A DNA stretch of 64,000 nucleotides, taken from the NCBI GenBank assembly GCA_963693365.1, contig CAVNZM010000002.1, forward strand, positions 10,286,328-10,350,327, given 5' to 3'. This stretch comes from Amoebidium appalachense. Taxonomy: Eukaryota; Protista; Ichthyosporea. Below are positions 52,385-64,000 of this stretch, piece by piece. The notes under the pieces were generated by a model. It saw only the letters and a program-made list of their open reading frames with translations, did no database searches and had not been told where the DNA came from. The position numbers were made by a program, and so were the translations under genes. The first letter of the stretch is position 1. Each line of letters opens with the position of its first letter.

Positions 52385-52789
52385 TGCTTTGAAGTAAACT
52401 GAGAATAGTATAATTGCAGTACTGAATTGTGAGCATGGTATATTGACACACACCGTAGAATGATGATTTTATGTTCGGGAACATTTCGGGGGGGTGCCAA
52501 TTCCAGACTTCACTGAAATATGTTGCCCACCTGGCACTCAGTGCACGTGGAAAGTTCTATTGCCTGTCCATGCATATCATCGGGTTACCAAACAGTTCTG
52601 TAAAATAAGTAAAACAACAAAATAATAAAAATATTATAAATTTTTTGCAAGCAATGTAGAACATATTGCACTTGGTGGTTTTCAGCTACATGTTTTTGGA
52701 GGACCACAAGTAAACTTGGTACTTCGGCAATGGCAATCTCTCCCGGCCCTAGACTGATAACACAGTGTGGCAAGAAAGGGGGGGGGGAA

Positions 52790-52832
<43 letters not shown>

Positions 52833-53969
52833 AAATGAAAGGGAAAAGGGTCATAACATTTGGCAGATCCAGCAACTGCAGGATTTGGGGGGGGGGGGGG
52901 GGGGGGGGGAGGAAGCGTGAGGCGGGGGGGCCAGGGGGGGGGAGGGGGGGAAGGGTGAGGTGAGGGAGGGGGGGGGGGGGGGGGGGGCGGGGGGGGGGGG
53001 GGAGGGGGAGAGGGAGGTAACAACCACACAACCCAACATCAATAACTGTCTCGTTATGTTTTGGCGCCGGCGACAGCCGGCGCACAGACCTACTTGTATG
53101 GCAAAACCAATCAGTGCACCTGATCATCATCATAGTATCATGCGGCACCAATTGCAACCAGCCGTGAGCCACTCTGCAACATCAGATTCAGCGCCTGATC
53201 ATAATGTTTAAGTAAAATGAGGTCCATTAATAAAGGCCAACATCATCCCGAAGAACGTCATGCATATACACCGTGACCACGTGTATTTGGTTGGTCCTTA
53301 GTGGCAGGCGGCATCTGTAAAAAAAAGCTTAACAATGTCACAGTGCTATATAAGAGTGCTATAGGAGTCACATGTTAAGTCTGGAAGAATCGTCCAGTTT
53401 TAATGAACCTTTCTTCACTGAAACGAACTGTTTTCTTTCTTCAGAGGAGCTCCCCTCCCGTAAGCTTCCTTTTTAATCCGCCATCCCTCGAGCTCCATCC
53501 CTCCCTTCTCTCCCTCCCTCCCTCCCTGCCTCCCTCCCCCTCCCTCCCTCCCTCTTCTCTCTCTCCCCCCCCCCCCCCCCCCCCCCTCCTTTCCCCCATG
53601 CCCCCTTTCTCTTCCCCCCTAACCCCCTTTTTCGACATATTTATTTCCCTATCGCTCTTCCTCCCCCTCTCCCTGGGCCTCCCCCTCCCCCCTCGAATTT
53701 CCCTCCCTCCCTCCCTCCCCCCTCCCCCCTCCCTCCCCTCCCTCCCTCCCGCTCTCCCTTCTTCCCTCCCTCCCTCCCTCCCTCCCTCCCTCCCTCCCTC
53801 CCTCCCTCCCTCCCTCCCTCCCTCCCTCCCTCCCTCCCTCCCCCTAGATCTCTCTTTCTCTCTCTTGTCTCTGTCTGGTTCTCTCATCCTCTCGCCCCCC
53901 ATATCCCCCCCCCCCCCCCCCCCCCCCCCCGGCGCAAGGGGCCCCGGGAAACTGGGTGCCCCCCCCCCC

Positions 53970-54005
<36 letters not shown>

Positions 54006-54409
54006 CTATCTCTCTTTCATTCATGTTATGTATTTTTGGGGGGTGGATACAGAGGAGGAATGTGTGGGTGGGTGAATGTCTGTGTTGGGGGGGCGGGGGC
54101 GGGGGCAGGGGCAGGAGGGGTGGGGTGGGGGGGGGGGGGGGGGGGGGAGGGGAGGGGGAGGAGGGCATTTGGCTTGGCGGTTGGGGTGTGATACTAGTTG
54201 GGAGGGGGTGGGGCTCTAATATTAGCGCTCAACGGTTTGCAAATGATTCATTATAGAAGAAGTTCGGTTGGGGAATTATATTTCTGGTCTTAGACTCCAG
54301 GTGAGTTTAGATCAAATACTACTGCTGTTAGCAGTGCGAACTTCCTGGGCCATTCTGGAGCTCGCGATCATCGTATTTAACATTGCAGTCTGCTTTGAAC
54401 AAAGTATTA

Positions 54410-54600
54410 GGGCCTGTTTGGTAGCGCGCTAAATACGGTTTTTTATCGTATTCGTATTTAGGGCCTAAATACGTATACGATCCCGTGGCATGCCAAACAC
54501 TCCGCGGGCTTTTATTTTTTGTAAATACGATAGGGATCGCTTTTATATCGTATTTACGAAAATCACCTCCGGAGGTGATTTTCCTAAATACGATATAGGA
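54410..54600. mobile_element. Tourist/PIF-Harbinger-like MITE end with internal palindromes
   Basis: TTA followed by GGGCCTGTTTGG (Tourist-type TIR) and an inverted CCAAACAC at about 54493. There are repeated TAAATACG/CGTATTTA motifs and a 54-bp palindrome at 54544-54597. No perfect second TIR seen. Confidence 0.5.
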
Positions 54601-55321
54601 AATTAGCCAATCAGAGCATTTCGCATCATTTATTGGCTATCAGCTAGCCAATGGGACAGCGAAAGCCGCGGAGGGCACATTTTTACAACAGTACGCATGC
54701 CATCGCGGCGCATGCACGTGAACAATTCACTGTTATAAAAAGAAGGTCGGTGTCATACACGTCATTTTGTGTACATGCTCAGTTAAAATTGGCACATGAA
54801 TTTGGGCTGCACAGGTAAGACAGAGGACGAGGAACCCTACACGGTGCATGATCACAAGCTCAGACTGTATATATATATATATATATATGCCATAATAATC
54901 ATTGAAACAATACTGGACTCCGATATATGCATTAATAAAAACAATCAAATGTACATGTACAAACAACTCGGTGAACATGCAGGCACCACGAGTACTGCAT
55001 CGACAAGGACAAATTTTAACACTCACTATGTGTTTAGATATGTGGGGAATACCAGGGACGAACGTTGGTGATGTAAAACGAGGTCTCTAGCAAGGCTAGC
55101 TACCGCAATTACTGGCAGTATCCCTTCAATAACAGACATTCTAACCTATTGTTAAACGGAGCAAGGCTCACTGTCGGTGACTCGTTTTTGCCGTTCGCTG
55201 TAATACTGACTACAGCTGCACCAGCCTATATGCATGGAATACCGAAGGATGATCAATGGGTGCGAACAATGCGAATAGGGCCAGATCTCGTGAACATGTA
55301 TCATCGATAAACATTTGAAAT

Positions 55322-55469
55322 TTAAGACCCACTGGGTTGGGTGATGAAATAAAGTGCCACGGGGCTGTTCACAAACACATGCCTGGACTCCAAGCTGTCG
55401 GGGCAATGAGCAATGACGGCACCTGCAGACTCTGCACACAAATACAGTACACTATATGTGTGTCCGCAG

Positions 55470-55554
<85 letters not shown>

Positions 55555-56167
55555 GTGTGTGTGTGACTGTGTATGTGACACTGTGTGTGGGTGTACCTCT
55601 GCGAAAAACGACCCGCCGTACCGCGGGGTAGGGCGGGTCGTGTACGTGTGTGCGTGCTTGTAGCATGCTGTCACACTGTCCATAATATGTGGTGTACATG
55701 TATCTGCAAGTGTCCTGCCGTGGGGGTGTGAGTGCAATGCCGGGTGTGTGCGGCGAGCAAAGATGTGCGCGTAAGCCTGTGAAAGTGAACTATATGTTCC
55801 CGTGTGTGCATTTGAAGGGCGTGCGCACGCTTGACAATTGCAATGTACGTGTGCGTGCGTGCATCCGTGCGTGTCTCATGCAGTGTCTGTCTGTTATCGT
55901 GTTTGTATATGTTGAATTTGTGTTTCACGCGCAATAGCGTATATATATATATATATATATATATATAATGTGCACGTACTGTCGATCGTTGTCTGTGTGT
56001 ATTCGACGTGTGGCCGATTCGAATACCATGAGCGAAAAAACAACGAGTGCCGTGTACTTACCCGAATTCACGTATGGATGGTCAAACGAGACAGCCTGAG
56101 AGAGCTGCCACAGGTGGAACTCACAGAGTTGGAGAGCGTATTCTTCGAAGAGATTAGCCAGAGACAT
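55322..56167 (-). CDS. Candidate small spliced ORF (68 aa) divergent from APC15
   Basis: Exon 56167-56062 ends G|gtaagt and exon 55422-55322 starts ctgcag|GT. The phases match, giving [68 protein letters not shown]. No homolog recognised. Confidence 0.35.
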
Positions 56168-56606
56168 GTGTGTGTATATCTACAAAGCTAAGAGAGCCAA
56201 CATGTCGGGCTGCACAGTGAATGACAAGAGCTGTGCGTTAACATGCGTACCTCAGACCGGCTCGAGCTCAGCGCCGTCAGCGGAGACAAATTTTGGCGCC
56301 AAAAACTCCCGAGGATCCAGCGGACGAGCAGCTCGGAGGAGCTCGATTCGCTAATTTAGCTTGATTGATCAAGGACGTACGCCCAGTTGAACTATCATAG
56401 TACATACTGCCAGGGTGGCACGGCCTACAACTCAGCTCGTACACACTCGCTAATAAATACACGCTTCGTTTTTTGTAGAAATTCGTGGCACCCACGCACA
56501 CGCGTTTGTTTACCCCCACTCACTGCTGCTGTGCATTCAAAAGGGCCGATTAATCCCCGCCCCAGTCTCTTCCCATCCTTCGCCTTCTTTTTCAAATCAA
56601 ACAAAT

Positions 56607-59495
<2,889 letters not shown>

Positions 59496-60908
59496 GACAT
59501 ACTGCCGAGAAGGTTGCTGGCTAATTGCCCCGGAATGAATGACATCTCGTGTCGTGTGGTAGAGAGCGAGAAGCTTTTTATATGTGAAAGTACTATACTT
59601 ATTTTTACACCCCGATTGTATGTTTAACGCACTCTTTGCAAGACCCAACTGACAGTTCACAAGCAACATCACATGTGTGCACATACACAGCGCAACTCTC
59701 TGGCATGTTCTGCCTGTCACACATGCCCGAATGAATCCTCAAGTTAGTCAGTCGCCTTTAGGATTGTGATTTTTCTTTCCGAATACACTCGCGTCAAGTC
59801 TTGGTGCACAAAAGCTGTCGAATAACTTTAAGACCGCATGAGGGCTCGGTGTCCCAGCGGCACCCAATAAATGCACATGTCATGCAGCAATGTTACGAAT
59901 TCAACTTGAGTCGCAACGCTTTAATATTGAACCTTATCCTGTGATATAATATCTATACCTGAAAAGTCGGAGAACTATACCCCCCTCCCCCCCACCTTCT
60001 TTTAGATTTCGATGTGTACGGATCTCCTGCAGGCCCTCAATTATGGCTTTTAGGCCTACTTGTTGCGTGCAATTGTTCTACACAAAAGCTGTTTAGCTGA
60101 AGAAGTATAAGTGCAAAGAGAGTTAGAGAGTTTCTGTGTGTGTGACTGTGTGTGTGTGAATGTGCACGTGCCTCTTCTTGCTGACACCAACGTGGTGCGC
60201 AGTTGTGATTCCAGTAGTTCTCTGGAGCAGTGTCCGTGGCCGTGGGCATTTGTCGGTGCTAGATGTGGGTCCCCCCCCCCCCCCCCCCCCCCCCCCGTCC
60301 TGGGCCTCATTTTCAAATGAACACAAGAGGTCCTAACAATACCGCACACACTTGCACAAACAGACCTAGACCCGCGGTGACCCACAAAAACCACACACCG
60401 TCATCACCGTGACTGCACAAATCCGTAAGCGTGCTCACGACTAGTTCTCAAACTCAGACCAGGAGCCCCACCACACCCAAGACCTAATCAGAACAGTTAT
60501 GCAGGAACTTTCTTTTTTGGCAGGTGCTATTGCAGCTGCAACAGCCTGCAAACTCAGCGATGTTTACGGAGAACCCTCCCCCCCCTCCCCCCCTCCCCCC
60601 CCCCCCCCCCCCCCCATCCCTTCTCATATAGGCCTCCCAAACACGCACACGCAAGGAGCACACGCGCACACGCGCACACGCTCACACAGTACACGCACGC
60701 ACGCGTGCGCGCAGTATTTGTACATCCAACATAAAGGAAAAGAAGAAAAAGATCAATGAAACTCAAGCTAGCTCGTGCACAGCATACGCAACAAAGGTTA
60801 CGGGCATTGAAGGAAAAGTGCTCGTGTGTGATTGTGCGTGTGGGTGAGATGTATGGGTGGTATGTGCCCCGTAGCAGGTTAGGCCTTGGGAAAATCCGGT
60901 GGGGAGGG

Positions 60909-60958
<50 letters not shown>

Positions 60959-61287
60959 CTGTTTAGATATAGCTCCGGGTCTACTTCTGCGAGCATGCAT
61001 GCTTGGGTATCACTTGACTCGTTCTTGCTCAAAGCATATATTACGTAGAAACTCACACTGCCATCCTCCATCCTTTTTCGTGTGTTGCCCTATTAAAGAC
61101 ATTAAGCGGTTTGTGCTGCAGTGTTTTTTGCACGGAAACTCAATATTTTTATCATACGAAGTTACATCCTGTTATCATTCTTCTGGTGTTCAGTGATCTA
61201 GATAAACTACAAAATACATACTGTTTTTCTCCTAGAATCCAACAGCTTAATAAAGCCGGACTTCTTAGTGTCTCTGATTACGTCAGT

Positions 61288-62206
61288 CTACTTGGCACCT
61301 GCAGGCGGGGCGGCAAAGAGGGCTGCATATTGCTTCTTGAGCTCGGGGGTATGGTTCTCCGGTGGAATGATTTGGTCAAGCCCGATCTTCAGAACTCGGA
61401 TCTTTCGGTTCTGCTCGTTAATCTGTGGGAATACAACGGCATATGATTTGTAAGCACTATTATTTACGAAAATGAATGCTCTTGGCTCCCTGGGAAATGC
61501 GATGATTTTGGCTACAAAACACGACAGAGAAGTTGTAAGAGATCCCTGATCGTGAGAGTTACGATAAGCGAGTTCCAAAGAACGAAAAAATACGTCTACA
61601 AAACCACAAAGTACACTGAACAAACCGTGCCTCGAGAGTCGTGCACCGTGCATTCTGAGTTACGATACCCACCTGGTAGTCAAGCTCCCTCATGGCCTCC
61701 GGAGAGCCCTTCTCCGGGTTTTTGATGTATGTGTCCAGCAGTCGTTGCAACCCATCTCGTACTTTCACCTCCCCCTTTGCCCCGTCGTGCATCTCCTGCC
61801 ACTTCTTCAGATCCTTCTTTGAGACCTCACCGTCCTTTTTAAACAAAGAGAAAACCTTGTCTACTGCAGCCGGCTTCTTCTTCTTTTCCTCAGTCGGTGG
61901 GCTGTTAGCCGCCGGTGGTTCTGCCGTTTCTGTGTGGGGGTTGGCGTATGGCGAAACGAACTTCTTTGCGCTCTTTCCGTTATCCTTCTTCTCCTTCTCT
62001 TCCAACGCGTTCACAGCGTCCAAATCAAGATCGAGCCCCGAAAGATCTATGCCGAGTTTGCTAAGATCTGTGCTGTTTAGGAAGTTAGCAATCTCTCTGT
62101 CGGCATTTGCGAGGTCGTCCTTCGTCTGGTCTTGCAGTTCGTTCAGCTGACGAAGATCTGTCCCTAGCCCGGCTTCGATGGAAGCTATAGTGGATAAACC
62201 TGCCAT
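61288..62206 (-). CDS. Protein with an HR1-like (CIP4/FBP17-type) coiled-coil domain
   Basis: Exons 62206-61673 and 61422-61288 (phase 0, GT-AG). KGEVKVRDGLQRLLDTYIKNPEKGSPEAMRELDYQINEQNRKIRVL resembles the HR1 signature E.K.R.GL..M...Y..NP..G.P. Confidence 0.8.
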
Positions 62207-63111
62207 TTTTGCACGGGTTTATACAGTTGTGCAGGCCAAAACGACTTCTGTGTATTTTTTTTAGCTCTTGAAAATGACCTTGTGGTTTTTTTGTACTTGT
62301 ATCTCAGAGCCTATTATTATCAGGCTCGGGCCTAGAGAAAATAGCTCAGGAAAGACAGCATGTGTATGTGTGTGTGTTCGGATGCTTTAGCGAAATACGA
62401 GAATGCTTCAATAAACCCAAGGCACAAGGAGTGTATAATGGCAATATTCTATAAGAGGAAATAAAGCTAAATTAGCATAAAGAGGAAAAGTATCTACACG
62501 AGAGTTATTTTCTGTCTGTTTTCTTTTCGTTTGATCTTTTCGTTTCTCGTTTCTCTCTGTTGAGCGGCTTCGGTTTGCAGTCATGGTAGATAAATTCAGG
62601 TTAGCCAATCAGGTGTGTCTGGTACTACGGCATTTAGAGCTGTAGCCCCTGCTACACTCTAGTTCAATCGTTTACCGTGTTTTAAAAGAATAGTATTTTA
62701 ATGCAAACGTTAAACAAACTACTACGAACAATATCACGCTTTAGCATTTCTCAAAATCTGAATGTACTTAGTGATTGGACACCTGCGCACCAGCGGGGAT
62801 CTTTGAAAAACTTTTCTCCCCAGGGCCCGGAAAACTAGATTTCGAGCTCGAGTGAATGGAAGGGTTCACTGCATGGAAGGATGGAAGGATTCGGAAGGAT
62901 GGAAGGATTCATGGGGAAGGGGGAGGGAGCAAAGCTGTGAATTTCTCTATTGCTAGCAATAATTTTTATATATAGTTTTAACAACACTAATGAGTGTACG
63001 GAAGGTGTTTTTCGTCGGGTAGCTGTGTCCATTTTACGATCCTGAATTCTTGCATCAATAATCGTCGTAGCTCCAGGATTTCTTGTGCGCCACGTACGGC
63101 TGTGATCTAAA

Positions 63112-63279
63112 ATGGGGTTCAAAGAGAGGAAAAAGGGGAAGACGGTCGTCAAAAAAGACGGGGACCCGGTGAAACCAAAGCCTTTGACCAGGGCTGGTGG
63201 GAACAGTACTGGCCGTACGGTGTTTATGGCCGTGGCTGGGTTGCTGCTTGCAGCTGGGTGGAAGTATCACCTGGACCAG
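63112..63279 (+). CDS. First exon of a probable type II membrane protein (continues beyond the window)
   Basis: aaaATGG start and basic N-terminus MGFKERKKGK, then hydrophobic VFMAVAGLLLAAGW. Ends CAG|gtaaga; divergent from the HR1-like gene. Confidence 0.65.
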
Positions 63280-63632
63280 GTAAGAAATACATACGCTGGA
63301 TGTAACGGTCATGATTAATTAAATTTCTTTGGGTTTCTGGAAGCAAATTAATGATTGATTTTCATGCTTATAGATGTAACAATGAGCTGTCTGTTTGCAT
63401 ATAGTTTCCCGGTGTAGTATTCTGCAATGGTCTCTCACTCTCTCTCCCCCTCCCTCCCTCCCCCCCCCCCCCCCTCCCTCTCTCTCTCTCTCTCTTCCCC
63501 CCCCCCCCCCCCCCCCCGCCCTTTGCGTGTGTTTCGCTCTTTCTACCTAACTTGCGCTTCCGCTATCCACCTCCCCCCCCCCCCCCCCCCCCCCCTCTCA
63601 CCATCTCCGCCCGCACATACATGCAGACACTC

Positions 63633-63669
<37 letters not shown>

Positions 63670-64000
63670 TCTTCACCCACCCATCCAACCGGGCGCTTGC
63701 CCAGCCCCGTCGCCCTTAAGCCCCTACTGCACAACTACACACATACCCACCACCCCCCCCCCCCCCCCCCTCCCTCCCCTCTCCCCTTCCAACCCCGGCA
63801 TTTGGCTAATCCCGTGATCGAACTATCAGCCAAAACTACCACTTTTTCACGTCCCTTTGCCTCCTACCTTTGTGTCAGCAAATTAGAGATATTCCTAACC
63901 TTCCTCCTCCCCTCCCCCCTCCCCCCCCCCCCCCCCCCCCCCCGCCTCCTCTCTTGCCCCCGCCCCAAACCACCATTATCTTCCCTTTCCCTTTTTTCAC

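Noticed and set aside
52585-53211. ORFs in the 52.6-53.2 kb region as a gene or transposase remnant
   Set aside because: Interrupted by poly-G tracts, no consistent splice phases and no recognisable motif.

Overview
Eukaryotic nuclear DNA. It has spliceosomal introns and is saturated with poly-C/poly-G tracts and (CA)n/(GA)n microsatellites, which explains why most six-frame ORFs are spurious. The gene mix (a fungal-type Zn2Cys6/PAS transcription factor beside an animal-type DBHS/NONO protein and APC15, plus a cox2 NUMT using TGA=Trp) points by inference to a unicellular holozoan such as an ichthyosporean. Spliced genes reconstructed by hand: the 3' end of a coiled-coil protein (+), an Rds2/AcuM-like Zn2Cys6-PAS TF (-), a bacterial-type YqjZ/ABM monooxygenase with one intron (+), p24/TMED2 (-), a DBHS/NONO-like RRM-RRM-NOPS protein (+), APC15 (+), an HR1-like protein (-) and the first exon of a membrane protein (+). 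The most striking unexplained structure lies in the gene-free 2.6-11.3 kb region. It holds seven same-orientation, diverged copies of a 130-185 nt element that folds with its 5' and 3' ends paired and has a covarying internal hairpin. Each copy carries a TCCC(A/G)CAAT motif on the minus strand, 61-63 nt upstream in six copies and 53 nt in one. This looks like a cluster of independently transcribed structured small ncRNA genes of no family I recognise. All alignments and folds were done by eye and need computational confirmation.
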